Below are positions 39,099-50,113 of a stretch of 64,000 nt of DNA, piece by piece. Below the pieces are notes generated by a model. It saw nothing but the letters and a program-made list of their open reading frames with translations, was not told the DNA's origin and searched no databases. The stretch is from an uncultured Clostridia bacterium (lineage in GTDB: Bacteria > Bacillota > Clostridia > Christensenellales > CAG-917). The stretch's first letter is position 1; each line of letters starts with the position of its first letter. The stretch lies in contig CAKQMI010000001.1 of the NCBI GenBank assembly GCA_934254835.1, positions 14,588-78,587 on the forward strand. The letters run 5' to 3'. The position numbers and the translations under genes were made by a program.

Positions 39099-39782
39099 AT
39101 GTCGGGATATCTCAAAAGTTACATTTCGTCTGCGATGGAAAAGGATCCTGCCGCGACCAGCAAAATCTTGGTGCTGTTCACCTATCCAGGGGTAAAGGCG
39201 CTGATGTGGCATCGTCCCGCCAACTGGTTTTACAGGCACAAGATGAAGTTTTTTGCGCGCGTCATATCGCAAAACGTGCGGTTTTGGACGGGCATCGAAA
39301 TTCATCCGGGCGCAAAAATCGGCAAAGGCGTGTTCATCGACCACGGCGCGGGCGTAGTCATCGGCGAAACGGCGGAAATCGGCGACAACGTCACGTTGTA
39401 TCAGGGCGTGACCTTGGGCGGAACGGGCAAAGACGTCGGCAAGCGTCACCCGACCATCGAGGATAACGTCGTGATTGCGGCGGGCGCAAAAATTCTGGGA
39501 CCGTTCACCGTCGGGAAGGGCAGTAAAATCGGCGCGGGAAGCGTCGTGCTGAAACCGGTGCCCGAAAACTGCACCGTCGTGGGCGTGCCGGGACGCATAG
39601 TAAAACAGGACGGAAAGCGAGTGGATAACCTCAACCAAGTGGAACTCCCCGATCCGATTTTTGAAGAACTGCGCCGAATAAACTCGCGACTTGCACAAAT
39701 CGAAAGCCTTGCGGGAATTAACTGTTCTCGTTATTCGATAGCAAACGAAGAAAATAATTCAACTGACCAAAGTGACAGATAA
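39099..39782 (+). CDS. cysE: Serine O-acetyltransferase
   Basis: 227 aa with hexapeptide repeats (IHPGAKIGKGVFIDHGAGVVIGETAEIGDNV). It lies upstream of cysS. Confidence 0.92.
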   Translation: MSGYLKSYISSAMEKDPAATSKILVLFTYPGVKALMWHRPANWFYRHKMKFFARVISQNVRFWTGIEIHPGAKIGKGVFIDHGAGVVIGETAEIGDNVTLYQGVTLGGTGKDVGKRHPTIEDNVVIAAGAKILGPFTVGKGSKIGAGSVVLKPVPENCTVVGVPGRIVKQDGKRVDNLNQVELPDPIFEELRRINSRLAQIESLAGINCSRYSIANEENNSTDQSDR

Positions 39783-39796
39783 AAGGAGCGAAAAGT

Positions 39797-41200
39797 ATGG
39801 TTAAAGTCTATAATACGCTGACAAGAAGAAAAGAAGAACTTGTCCCCTTGAACGGCAACAAACTGAATATGTACGCCTGCGGTATCACCGTTTCGGGCGA
39901 CGCGCACATAGGTCACGCCTATCAGGCGCTCATCTATGACATCATCAGAAAGTACCTTGTGAAAAGGGGCTTTGACGTGACGTACGCCAGAAACTACACC
40001 GACGTTGACGACAAGATTATCGCAAAGTCCAAAGAGACGGGAATCCCCGCCGACAAGTACGCCGAGATGATGATAAAACGCATCGATAAAGTCATGCGCG
40101 AGTTCGACGTGGACGATCCCGACATTTGGCTGAAAGCGACCTGCAATATCGACAACATAATCGACTTTATAAAAGGTCTTGAAGAAAAGGGATTTGCCTA
40201 CGCAACGCCCGAAGGCGACGTATATTTTGCCGTCGAAAAATTCCCCGCGTACGGCGCGCTCAGCAACAGAAAAACCGAAGAAGCGTTTTCAAGCGTCCGT
40301 ATCGAAAACGAGGACAACAAAAAAAGCGCGCTTGACTTTGCGCTGTGGAAATCGGCAAAAGAGGGCGAAATTTCGTGGGACAGCCCGTGGGGCAAAGGAC
40401 GTCCCGGCTGGCATATCGAATGTTCGGCGATGAACCGCGCGGCGTTTGGCGACCAAATCGACATTCACGGCGGTGGACGCGACCTTATTTTCCCGCACCA
40501 CGAAAACGAAATCGCGCAGACCGAGGCGTTGACGGGCAAAAAGTTTGTGAAATATTGGATTCACAACGGACTTATCAAAGTCAACGGACAAAAGATGAGT
40601 AAGTCGCTGGGCAACAGTCTGCTCCTTGAAGACCTTCTGAAAAAATACTCGGCGGAAACGATAAAACTTGCGCTGTTGCAGACCAACTATCGCGCCGACA
40701 TCAACGTCACGGACGACCTGTTCCCCACCGCCGAAAAGCACCTTGTCGATTTTTATAGGGTGCTGGAAGAAGCCGAGAAATCGGGGCTTGCAAGCGACAA
40801 AAAGACCGAAAAAATCGAGGAAGAGTTCGTGCACTGCATGGACGACGATTTCAACACCGCCCTTGCGATAAGCAATCTTTTCGGATACTTCAAGGCAATC
40901 AAAAAGAAACTGAAAGCGGGCGACGTCACGGCAATCGAGGACGTCAACGCCATTTCCGAAAACTACGACATTTTGGGATTGTTCAGAACCCCCGCCAAAG
41001 AGTTTTTGAAAAAGTACGACAAAGCGGACGTCGAGGACAATCTGTCGGTGCCCGAGGAAATTTTTGCGCTTGCCGAAAAGAGAAAAACCGCCAAAGCCGA
41101 AAAGAACTACGCGCTTGCCGACGAGATAAGAAAGGAAATCGCGGACAAAGGCTTTATCCTTGTCGACACCAAAGACGGGTTTACGCTGAAAAAGGCATAA
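39797..41200 (+). CDS. cysS: Cysteine--tRNA ligase
   Basis: 467 aa with a HIGH-type motif (AHIGHA) and KMSKS. Confidence 0.95.
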   Translation: MVKVYNTLTRRKEELVPLNGNKLNMYACGITVSGDAHIGHAYQALIYDIIRKYLVKRGFDVTYARNYTDVDDKIIAKSKETGIPADKYAEMMIKRIDKVMREFDVDDPDIWLKATCNIDNIIDFIKGLEEKGFAYATPEGDVYFAVEKFPAYGALSNRKTEEAFSSVRIENEDNKKSALDFALWKSAKEGEISWDSPWGKGRPGWHIECSAMNRAAFGDQIDIHGGGRDLIFPHHENEIAQTEALTGKKFVKYWIHNGLIKVNGQKMSKSLGNSLLLEDLLKKYSAETIKLALLQTNYRADINVTDDLFPTAEKHLVDFYRVLEEAEKSGLASDKKTEKIEEEFVHCMDDDFNTALAISNLFGYFKAIKKKLKAGDVTAIEDVNAISENYDILGLFRTPAKEFLKKYDKADVEDNLSVPEEIFALAEKRKTAKAEKNYALADEIRKEIADKGFILVDTKDGFTLKKA

Positions 41201-41251
41201 AAGGAAATCGGGCGCGCGCATGCGCCCGTTTTATTAACTTAAAAAAATTTA

Positions 41252-41281
41252 TTGACTATATTAAGATAATGTGTCTATAAT
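41252..41281 (+). promoter_or_regulatory. Putative promoter of glnN
   Basis: TTGACT, an 18-nt spacer, then TATAAT. Confidence 0.4.
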
Positions 41282-41312
41282 ATAGTAATTAAAAAAGGAA
41301 GAAGGTTGCGTT

Positions 41313-43442
41313 ATGGCATACAACGAAAGACAAAATATCAAAGATATCTTTCAGGAAGAAGTGTTCACCGACGAAGTTATGCGCCGATATATGACGAAAG
41401 AGGCGTATCAGGCGTTGCAAGAAGTTATCGCGCGCGGTGACGAACTTCCCAGAAGTCTTGCCGACGAGGTTGCCTCGGCTATGAAGACGTGGGCTGTCGA
41501 AAAGGGCGCCACGCACTATACGCACTGGTTCCAACCGATGACCGAATACACGGCGGAAAAGCACGACAGTTTCATCTCCGTTGACAAAAGCGGGAAGGTG
41601 CTGTTGGATTTTTCGGGCAAGAGTCTTTCAAAGGGCGAGGCGGACGCGTCCAGTTTTCCGTCGGGCGGAATTCGCGCAACGTTCGAGGCGCGCGGATACA
41701 CCGTATGGGATTGCAGTTCCCCCGCTTTCATAAAACGCTCGAAGGGCGGTGCGGGTGTACTGTGCATACCCACGGCGTTCTGCGCCTATACCGGCGAAGC
41801 GTTGGACAAAAAAACTCCCCTTCTTCGCAGTATGGACGTTTTGAACCGCGAGATTTTGAGGCTGTTGAGGCTCCTTGGCGACAACGAAACGCAAAAAGTT
41901 ACCCCCGTCGTCGGCGGTGAGCAGGAATATTTCTTGATTGACAAAAACCACTATATGCAACGCGAGGACTTGAAGTACGCGGGACGCACGTTGTTCGGCG
42001 CGCCCCCCGCAAAAGGGCAGGAAAAGTCCGACCAGTACTACGCGACGATTCGCGACCGCGTTGCCTATTTTATGGAGGATTTGAACCGCGAACTTTGGAA
42101 ACTCGGCATCGCCGCTAAGACCGAACATAACGAGGTCGCCCCCGCACAGCACGAGCTCGCTCCCATTTATACCTCCGCCAATATCGCGACCGACCAAAAC
42201 CAACTCATAATGGAAACGATGAAAAAGGTTGCCGAAAAGCACGACCTTGCGTGTCTTCTGCACGAAAAGCCGTTCAACGGCGTCAACGGCAGTGGCAAGC
42301 ACAACAACTGGTCGATTGTGACGGACGCGGGCGTAAACTTGTTGGAGCCCGGCAGTAACCCCGCCGAAAACCGCATTTTTATGATAATGATACTGGCGGT
42401 CATCGCAGGCGTGGACGAGTACGCCGACCTTGTCAGAATGAGCGCGGCAAGTGCCGGCAACGACAATCGTCTGGGCGGAAACGAGGCTCCGCCGTCCATC
42501 ATCTCGGTATTCGTCGGCAACGACCTGTACTCGGCGTTCGAGACACTGAAAGAGGGCAAAACCGCCGTTACGAAGATAAAAGAATACATCAAAATGGGAT
42601 TGCCGTCCTTCCCGAAACTCAAAAAGGACAACACCGACAGAAACCGCACCTCGCCGTTTGCGTTTACGGGGAACAAGTTTGAATTCCGCATGGTCGGAAG
42701 CAGTGCGTCCCTTGCGACGTCCAGCATAGTCCTCGATACGATAACCGCCGAAATGGTGCGCCGTATCTCCGACGAAATCGAAAAGAAATTGTGCTCGGGC
42801 ACCGATTTGGACCACGCATTGTCCGAAATCATCGTGGACTATATCCGCGCTCACGGTCGCATAATTTATAACGGTAACAATTACAGCAAAGAGTGGATCG
42901 AAGAAGCCAAACGTCGCGGGCTTCACATGACGTCCAACAGCCTCGACGCGTTCAGGTGCATGCTGGACAAGGATATTATAAACCTGTATGAAAGAAACGG
43001 CGTTTTGAGCGAAAAGGAATTGGTAAGTCGCTACGAAATCTTTGTTGAAAACTACGCAAAGACAGTCAATATCGAGGCTCTTGCCATGAGAAATATCGCA
43101 AGAAAACAGATTTTGCCGTCGGTAATGCGCTCGGAAGGAAAACTTGCGGGATACATAAAAGACGTGCGTCTTGTCAATGCAAAACTCGGGGCGGCGGACG
43201 AAAGACTTGTCACCGCAATGGACGCCCTTATCGACGAAACAGACCGTCGCACGACCGACCTCGAAGTGGCTCTTGCAAAGGCGCAAAAGTGCGAGGACTT
43301 TGAAAAACGCGCCGAGTTGTATCGTGACAAAGTGCTGGTCGCAATGAACAAATTGCGCGAAAGCGTTGACAAGCTCGAACTTATCACCGAGAAGAAAGAA
43401 TGGCCGTTCCCGTCATACGGCGACATTCTGTTTTATGAATAA
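41313..43442 (+). CDS. glnN: Glutamine synthetase type III
   Basis: 709 aa with N-terminal GATHYTHWFQPMT..AEKHDSF, characteristic of GSIII. Confidence 0.9.
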   Translation: MAYNERQNIKDIFQEEVFTDEVMRRYMTKEAYQALQEVIARGDELPRSLADEVASAMKTWAVEKGATHYTHWFQPMTEYTAEKHDSFISVDKSGKVLLDFSGKSLSKGEADASSFPSGGIRATFEARGYTVWDCSSPAFIKRSKGGAGVLCIPTAFCAYTGEALDKKTPLLRSMDVLNREILRLLRLLGDNETQKVTPVVGGEQEYFLIDKNHYMQREDLKYAGRTLFGAPPAKGQEKSDQYYATIRDRVAYFMEDLNRELWKLGIAAKTEHNEVAPAQHELAPIYTSANIATDQNQLIMETMKKVAEKHDLACLLHEKPFNGVNGSGKHNNWSIVTDAGVNLLEPGSNPAENRIFMIMILAVIAGVDEYADLVRMSAASAGNDNRLGGNEAPPSIISVFVGNDLYSAFETLKEGKTAVTKIKEYIKMGLPSFPKLKKDNTDRNRTSPFAFTGNKFEFRMVGSSASLATSSIVLDTITAEMVRRISDEIEKKLCSGTDLDHALSEIIVDYIRAHGRIIYNGNNYSKEWIEEAKRRGLHMTSNSLDAFRCMLDKDIINLYERNGVLSEKELVSRYEIFVENYAKTVNIEALAMRNIARKQILPSVMRSEGKLAGYIKDVRLVNAKLGAADERLVTAMDALIDETDRRTTDLEVALAKAQKCEDFEKRAELYRDKVLVAMNKLRESVDKLELITEKKEWPFPSYGDILFYE

Positions 43443-43447
43443 AAAAG

Positions 43448-44761
43448 ATGTTTAACGTTGAAAACGACAACATAAACCCCGAAAACGGCAGGATTGTCCC
43501 GTCGGAAGTTGACCTTAAAAGGGCAAACATAATTGCCGACACTTTTGTGGAAAAGGTCGAAACGACCGCGCCCGTCAGGATTGCGACAAGCGTCGACGAG
43601 AAAAAAAGCGCGGTAAAAATTCGGGAAATGTACGAAAAGATTTTGGGGCTTTCGGCAAGGACCGAACCCACCACCGTCGCGCCTCTTGCGGGACGCTTCG
43701 GCATACCCGTTTACGGCGTGATTTTCGCCGTCGCGTTGGCGTTTTATATTTTGGGCGTACTCATCGACGACAAAGCCGTCACCTATGCGTTTCTTGCGCT
43801 GTCGATACTTGTGACGATAATGGTGGGGGCGATGCTGTTCGTGCAGGTCTTGACCAACAAAAACACATTCAACAAACTTTTCCCGAAGCGCACGTCCTAC
43901 AACGTGTTGTCCACGATAATGCCGAAAGGTCCCGTTGAAAACACGCTGGTGCTCGGCAGTCACTACGACAGCGATATGGACAGGTCGGATTTCGTAATGT
44001 TTTTGAAAGACAAAAACCTGCCCAAGTGGGTGTCGCGCGTGCTGAAGATTTTGTCGATAATCAGTATTCCCGTGCTTTTCGTGTTTGAAGTTATCGCGAT
44101 AAGCCTGCCGAAGCTGAATGCCGGCGACAAAGCGGTGATGTTCTTGTTTCCGACGATTTTCTGCGGATTTGCGATATTTTATCTTTTGACGATGTTTTCG
44201 TACAAAAAGCGCAACAGCAACATAGGTCACGAGGGCTTGCAGGCGGCGGGATTGTCGCTTGCGGTGGCGGACTATCTGAGGCTTCACCCTGAACTTATCC
44301 CCGAAAACACCAAGGTGGTGCTGGCGTGCTTCGGCGCAAAAGAGTGCGGTGCAAAGGGCGCGGAGCAACTTATTTTGCAACACTTCGGGCGTGACGAGTT
44401 TTTGGTAAACCCCGTTGTTTTGAACTTTGCGAAAGTCGGCGACTCGGACGATGTGGTGATTCAGGGCGACAGGCAATACAAAAATATCTATGACCTCAAA
44501 ATCAACAACGTCGCTTACACCGCGATGAAGGACGAAGGCTCGGACGTTTCGTTCCGGTACAGCACGGCGCTGTTCACCGACAGCACGCCGTTTGCAAAAC
44601 GCAAAATCCCCACGACTACAATCGAGTTCAGAAAGGGCGATAACGAACTGACCTCGGCGTACGACAACGCCTTTAAGGGTGCGCTCAATCTGACGGTCGG
44701 GGTGATGAAATATATGCAGGAGCGTCAGCAACTTTTCCGCGGTGAAAAAACCATAATGTAG
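43448..44761 (+). CDS. M28-family peptidase-like membrane protein (paralog of 30043..31314)
   Basis: 437 aa with the same architecture as the paralog: N-terminal soluble segment, TM helices, GSHYDS, and a CGAKGAE region. Confidence 0.6.
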   Translation: MFNVENDNINPENGRIVPSEVDLKRANIIADTFVEKVETTAPVRIATSVDEKKSAVKIREMYEKILGLSARTEPTTVAPLAGRFGIPVYGVIFAVALAFYILGVLIDDKAVTYAFLALSILVTIMVGAMLFVQVLTNKNTFNKLFPKRTSYNVLSTIMPKGPVENTLVLGSHYDSDMDRSDFVMFLKDKNLPKWVSRVLKILSIISIPVLFVFEVIAISLPKLNAGDKAVMFLFPTIFCGFAIFYLLTMFSYKKRNSNIGHEGLQAAGLSLAVADYLRLHPELIPENTKVVLACFGAKECGAKGAEQLILQHFGRDEFLVNPVVLNFAKVGDSDDVVIQGDRQYKNIYDLKINNVAYTAMKDEGSDVSFRYSTALFTDSTPFAKRKIPTTTIEFRKGDNELTSAYDNAFKGALNLTVGVMKYMQERQQLFRGEKTIM

Positions 44762-44922
44762 TTGCTTTTAACGGTCAAACCCCTACAAGTCCTGCAGAAA
44801 AACTGCGGGATTTTTTATTTTACGAAAGAAAACGCACGAAAACCTTTGAAAAAGGAAATACGTTTGACTTTTACAAGATAATTCATTAAAATCTTATTAA
44901 CTATAAATAAGGAGAGCGGAAA

Positions 44923-46125
44923 ATGAAATCCGAACCCGTCAATATACTTCCCGAAATCGAGACCAACCCCGTTGTCTTTCAGCAGAAAGAACCCGACAAA
45001 AAGTGGAAAGCCACTGCCAAAAAGTACGCCAATCGTTACTTCATCGACGCCTTTTCAGGCATGGCGCAGGGGCTTTTCGTCACCCTCATCGCAGGGACGA
45101 TATTAAAGCAAATCGGCAGTTGGTGCGGTGCGAACTCGGGCTTCGGCGCATTCCTTATTCTCATCGGAAATATCGCCTGCACGCTTATGGGCGCGGGTAT
45201 CGGCGTCGGTATCGCCAAGAAACTGAAAGCGCCCGACCTTGTCGTTTTTGCGTGTGCGGTGGCAGGTTTTGTGGGCGCGTTCTTGCCCGACAAAGTGTAC
45301 ACGCTTTGCACGGACAACGCCTTTTCGTTCAAGGCGGTGGCAGACTCGATAACGGCGTTCAAACTGGGCGCACCGGGCAACCCCATTGGCTCGTACGTGT
45401 CGACGCTTATCGCTTTGGAAATCGTTTTGTTGGTGCAGGGCAAAACCAAGCTTGATATCCTAATCGTACCTTTAACGGTTATGTTTGCAACGATAATCTC
45501 AATGTTTGTTGCATATCCCGCAATCTGGTTTATAAAAGTCATTCAAAAATTCATCGAAATTTCGGTGACGGCGCAACCCTTTATTATGGGCGTCGTGATA
45601 TCCGTCGTAATGGGCATTTTGCTTACGATGCCCACGTCTTCGGCGGCAATCTGGATTGCAATCGCAACGGGCAGTACGTCGGACGCGATGATGCTTGCGG
45701 GCGGGGCGGCGGTCGTCGGGTGCGCGGCGCAAATGGTCGGCTTTGCCGTGATGACTTTCAAAGAAAACGGAGTCGGCGGACTTATCTCGCAAGGTATCGG
45801 CACCAGCATGTTGCAGATTCCCAACATTATGAAGCACCCTCTCATTTTCGTCCCGCCGATTATTGCTTCCGCAATCGTAGGACCAATCGCGACGTGCGCG
45901 TTCAAACTTCGTTGTACCGCGGGTGGCGGAGGAATGGGCACAAGCGGACTTGTCGGCGTATTCGGAGCGGTCGAGGCGTCGAAGGGCGTCGTGTCGGACG
46001 CGAATATCGCGCTTGCCATAGTGCTTTTGATGTTCGTAATCCCTGCCGTCGTGTCGCTACTGTTCAGAATCCTTTTTGAAAAGAAAGGCTGGATCAAAGG
46101 CGAGTGGATGAAACTCGATGTTTGA
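44923..46125 (+). CDS. PTS EIIC-like polytopic membrane protein (orphan, no EIIA/B nearby)
   Basis: 400 aa, about 10 TM helices, Gly-rich loops. The family was recalled only loosely. Confidence 0.45.
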   Translation: MKSEPVNILPEIETNPVVFQQKEPDKKWKATAKKYANRYFIDAFSGMAQGLFVTLIAGTILKQIGSWCGANSGFGAFLILIGNIACTLMGAGIGVGIAKKLKAPDLVVFACAVAGFVGAFLPDKVYTLCTDNAFSFKAVADSITAFKLGAPGNPIGSYVSTLIALEIVLLVQGKTKLDILIVPLTVMFATIISMFVAYPAIWFIKVIQKFIEISVTAQPFIMGVVISVVMGILLTMPTSSAAIWIAIATGSTSDAMMLAGGAAVVGCAAQMVGFAVMTFKENGVGGLISQGIGTSMLQIPNIMKHPLIFVPPIIASAIVGPIATCAFKLRCTAGGGGMGTSGLVGVFGAVEASKGVVSDANIALAIVLLMFVIPAVVSLLFRILFEKKGWIKGEWMKLDV

Positions 46126-46302
46126 GAAGGCGCAATAAGAAAAATCAACGATAAAAGGCGTGCAAATTGCGCGTCTTTTTTATTTTTCCGAGAGTTTGAA
46201 AAATCCCGCAGTGCTTATATTTTCGTCAAATCCTTGCCTTAATTATAAAATAAGTATATACTTTGTATTATCTTTAACACTTATGACATTATCGGAGGCA
46301 TT

Positions 46303-48027
46303 ATGCTTTTATCCAAACTTGTGGGGGAGCGCGTCAAAGAAACTCCCTCGGACGTCACAATTTTAAGCCATGCGTTGCTGGTGCGCGCGGGGTATATCAA
46401 GGCGGTTGCGAACGGCATTTACACGCTCACTTCCCCCGCCCAACTTATGGCGAAAAACATCGAAGATATCATTCGTGACGAAATGAACAAAATCGACGGG
46501 CAAGAGGTCAAATTCCCCGTCGTTATGCCCAGGGAACTGTGGGAGCAGTCGGGGCGATACACGAGCATCGGCAGTGAAATGGTGCGCTTTAAAGACAGGG
46601 GCGGAAAAGATATGCTCCTCGGAATGACGCACGAAGAGGCGTCGGTGCAACTTGCAAAAAACACCGTTTCAAGTTACAACCAACTTCCGTTTATGATTTA
46701 CCAAATCCAGACGAAGTTCCGTGACGAGCCACGTTGCAGGGGCGGACTTATCCGCGTCAGAGAGTTCACGATGAAAGACGCCTATTCTTTCCACATGACC
46801 GCGGAGGATTTGGAAAAGCATTATTACAAGCAATACGACGCCTACAACAACATTTTCCGCCGTATAGGGCTGAAAAAGTTTATCGCGGTCAAGTCGGACA
46901 GCGGTATGATGGGCGGAAGCGTCGCGCACGAATTTATGCTGTTGACCGACGTCGGCGAGGACACCCTCGTGCTTTGCGACGAATGCGGATACAAGTCGAA
47001 TATGGAAGTCGCGACGGGCGTGCGCCCCGAGGTCGATTTCGGTGCGGACGCCGAAAAAGAAGAAGTTTTCACCGGCGACGCAAAAGACATTGCCGAGGTC
47101 AGCGAATATCTGAAAATCCAACCTTATCAGACGATAAAGGCTGTCGTTTACGCCGTCAAGGGCGAAAAAACCGTCGTCGTCGCGTTCATCAGGGGCGACC
47201 TCGAGGTCAACGAAGCCAAACTCAAAAAGGCGATTATGAAAAATATCGTCCCGTGGGAAGCCGACGAGGAATCGGGACTTGTCGCGGGCAATATCGGTCC
47301 CATCGGACTGGACGTCAAAGACAGCATTTTGGTTTTTGACAAATCTTTGGAAAACGCTCATAATATGGTCACCGGCGCCAACAAACCGCTGTACCACGTC
47401 AAGGGCGTCAACGTTGCGCGGGATATTTGTCCCAAGTCGTTCGTCGATATCGCCAAGGTCAAAGACGGCGACAAATGCCCCGTCTGCGGAAAACCTCTGC
47501 ACCTTGAAAACGGCATCGAAATCGGCAATATCTTCCAGCTCGGCACGAAATATACCGAAAGCATGGGCATGACCGTCCTGAACGAAAAGGGCGAAGCCGT
47601 CAATCCCATTATGGGGTGCTACGGCATAGGCGTCGGTCGTGCAATCGCGGCAATCGCGCAGGAAAGCAACGACAAAGCGGGGCTTATTTTGCCCATCACC
47701 GTCGCGCCGTACAAAGTGCATATCTGCCCCTTGCGCATAGACGACCAAAACGTTCGCGAAAAAGCGTTCGGGCTTTACAACGCGCTTCTTGAAAAGGGAG
47801 TCAACGTCATTATCGACGACCGCGAAAACGTCTCGAACGGCGTCAAGTTTGCCGACGCCGACCTTATGGGTATGCCGATTCGTGTCGTCGTCAGTCCGCG
47901 CGGGCTCCAAAACGACGAAATCGAGGTCACCGATCGCGCCACTCTCACGGCGGAAAAGGTGAAAGTTTCGGACGCGCTTTCTTATATCGACCAAATGATG
48001 AAAAGAAAGTATGAGGAATTGAAATAA
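46303..48027 (+). CDS. proS: Proline--tRNA ligase (bacterial type with INS editing domain)
   Basis: 574 aa with class II motifs (FRDEPRCRGGLIRVREF; GCYGIGVGR). Confidence 0.95.
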   Translation: MLLSKLVGERVKETPSDVTILSHALLVRAGYIKAVANGIYTLTSPAQLMAKNIEDIIRDEMNKIDGQEVKFPVVMPRELWEQSGRYTSIGSEMVRFKDRGGKDMLLGMTHEEASVQLAKNTVSSYNQLPFMIYQIQTKFRDEPRCRGGLIRVREFTMKDAYSFHMTAEDLEKHYYKQYDAYNNIFRRIGLKKFIAVKSDSGMMGGSVAHEFMLLTDVGEDTLVLCDECGYKSNMEVATGVRPEVDFGADAEKEEVFTGDAKDIAEVSEYLKIQPYQTIKAVVYAVKGEKTVVVAFIRGDLEVNEAKLKKAIMKNIVPWEADEESGLVAGNIGPIGLDVKDSILVFDKSLENAHNMVTGANKPLYHVKGVNVARDICPKSFVDIAKVKDGDKCPVCGKPLHLENGIEIGNIFQLGTKYTESMGMTVLNEKGEAVNPIMGCYGIGVGRAIAAIAQESNDKAGLILPITVAPYKVHICPLRIDDQNVREKAFGLYNALLEKGVNVIIDDRENVSNGVKFADADLMGMPIRVVVSPRGLQNDEIEVTDRATLTAEKVKVSDALSYIDQMMKRKYEELK

Positions 48028-48029
48028 TA

Positions 48030-48701
48030 ATGGTGAGCATCGGCAACAGTTGGGACGAGATTTTGCGGGGCGAGTTTTCGGGCGAAAACTACCAAAAAAT
48101 CCGCGAATTTTTGAAAGAAGAATATTCGTACCACGTCTGCTATCCGTCGATGTACGACATTTTCAACGCGCTGAAATACACCGATTACTACGCCGTCAAA
48201 GCGGTGATAATCGGGCAGGATCCTTATCACGAAGAAGGACAAGCCCACGGGCTTTCGTTTTCGGTGAAGAAGGGAGTGGCAATACCGCCGTCGCTCGTCA
48301 ATATCTATAAGGAGCTGAAGTCCGACCTTAAAATCGAGCCTCCGACACACGGTTGTCTTGAAAGCTGGGCGCAACAAGGCGTGCTTTTATTGAACTCGGT
48401 TTTGACGGTGCGCGCACACTCGGCAAACAGCCACAAAAACTGCGGGTGGCAGATTTTCACCGACGATATTATCAAAAAACTGAACGAGCGCGACACCCCA
48501 ATCGTGTTTATTTTGTGGGGCGCAAACGCTCGTGCAAAAAAGCAATATATTACAAATCCGATACATTACGTTATCGAAAGCGCACATCCAAGCCCGCTTT
48601 CTGCATACAACGGGTTTTTCGGAAGCAAGCCGTTTTCAAGGACGAACGATTTCCTCACAAAAAACGGCGTCGCCCCGATTGACTGGAAATTGAAGGATTG
48701 A
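48030..48701 (+). CDS. ung: Uracil-DNA glycosylase
   Basis: 223 aa with GQDPYH and HPSPLS motifs. Confidence 0.95.
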   Translation: MVSIGNSWDEILRGEFSGENYQKIREFLKEEYSYHVCYPSMYDIFNALKYTDYYAVKAVIIGQDPYHEEGQAHGLSFSVKKGVAIPPSLVNIYKELKSDLKIEPPTHGCLESWAQQGVLLLNSVLTVRAHSANSHKNCGWQIFTDDIIKKLNERDTPIVFILWGANARAKKQYITNPIHYVIESAHPSPLSAYNGFFGSKPFSRTNDFLTKNGVAPIDWKLKD

Positions 48702-50098
48702 TGAAAGAAAAAGAAGAGTCGCATATAATAAAAATGCGCAGACAACTGAAAACTTTTATGACGCCGACAAGGTACGTCTTGCTCGGGTTCATCAGCGTAA
48801 TCGCATTCGGCACGATTTTGCTTCTTCTCCCGTTTGCCTCGACAAGCGGGAAGACGATGGGGTTTGTGTCGGCGCTGTTCACCTCGACGACGTCCGTTTG
48901 CGTGACGGGGCTGACCGTCGTCGATCCCGCCACCGACCTTACGATTTTCGGACAACTTGTCGTGCTGTTTCTTATACAAGTGGGCGGGCTGGGGTTCATG
49001 ACCACGACGACGCTCATGTTCATACTTATCGGCAAAAAAATCAGTCTGAAAGAGCGCATGACCATTCAGGAGTCCTTGGATCAGGACAACCTGAAAGGCG
49101 TCGTGAAACTTGCAAAGCGAATTGTTGCGTTCACGTTCATTTTCGAGGCGTTCGGCAGTGTTATGCTTATGACCAGATTTGTGCCGTTGCTCGGTGCGCG
49201 CGGGATATACGTTGCGATATTCACGGCGGTTTCGTCGTTCTGCAACGCCGGCATCGACATTATGGGCAAAGACTTCGGCGCGTATTCCAGCCTTTCGGCG
49301 TTTTCGGGCGATCCCGTGGTGCTTATCACCGTTGCGGTGCTGATTATATCGGGCGGGCTCGGATTTTTGGTTTTCAACGACGTATTAAGAAAAAGGAAAA
49401 ATCGTCCGCTTCGTTTGCACACGCGCGTGTCGCTTGCAATGACGGCGGTATTGCTTGTCGTCGGCACGGCGATTTTCCTCGGCATAGAGTACAATAATCC
49501 GCAAACCCTCGGCAAAATGGACTGGGGCGACAAAATCATGAACGCGTTCTTCCAGTCCGCCACCTCAAGGACGGCGGGTTGGTCGTCGTTCAATCAGGCA
49601 GGGCTCACCGACGGCGCAAAGGTCGCGACAATCGCGCTTATGTTCATCGGAGCGTGTCCCGCATCGACGGGCGGTGGCGTCAAAACGACAACCGTATTCG
49701 TCATGCTCGCGCTTATCGTGTCGGTGTTCCGCGGAAAGGACGATATCGTCGTCGGCAAGGAAACAATCAACTCGAAAACGGCGAAAAGGGCGGCGGTCGT
49801 CACCACGGTATATTTGGTCGGCGCGTTCGCGCAGGCAATCATCATCTGGGCAAGCGAGGCGGGATACGGCATGCACTTGTCCTTTGTCGACAGTTTGTTC
49901 GAGGCGTTCAGCGCGTTCGGCACCGTCGGCGTTTCGGCAGGACTTACGACGTCGTTGCACGCGCCCGCTCTTCTTACAATGTGTCTTTCGATGTTCATCG
50001 GGCGTCTTGGGCTGTTGACAATCGGCTCCGCCATTATGAAATCAAAAAATCAATCGGCAAATATTAAATACCCCGATGCCAAAATTCTTATCGGATAA
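48698..50098 (+). CDS. ktrB: Potassium uptake protein, TrkH/KtrB family
   Basis: 466 aa polytopic protein with repeated selectivity-filter-like segments (TGLT, NAG, TAGW, STGGG). It has an ATGA overlap with ung. Confidence 0.88.
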   Translation: MMKEKEESHIIKMRRQLKTFMTPTRYVLLGFISVIAFGTILLLLPFASTSGKTMGFVSALFTSTTSVCVTGLTVVDPATDLTIFGQLVVLFLIQVGGLGFMTTTTLMFILIGKKISLKERMTIQESLDQDNLKGVVKLAKRIVAFTFIFEAFGSVMLMTRFVPLLGARGIYVAIFTAVSSFCNAGIDIMGKDFGAYSSLSAFSGDPVVLITVAVLIISGGLGFLVFNDVLRKRKNRPLRLHTRVSLAMTAVLLVVGTAIFLGIEYNNPQTLGKMDWGDKIMNAFFQSATSRTAGWSSFNQAGLTDGAKVATIALMFIGACPASTGGGVKTTTVFVMLALIVSVFRGKDDIVVGKETINSKTAKRAAVVTTVYLVGAFAQAIIIWASEAGYGMHLSFVDSLFEAFSAFGTVGVSAGLTTSLHAPALLTMCLSMFIGRLGLLTIGSAIMKSKNQSANIKYPDAKILIG

Positions 50099-50113
50099 GC
50101 GGAGGTTTATTTT

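Noticed and set aside
46126-46302. T-box or other leader upstream of proS
   Set aside because: There is only a terminator-like hairpin belonging to the upstream gene and AT-rich promoter-like sequence. No Stem I AGAGA/GNUGGA or T-box motif was seen.
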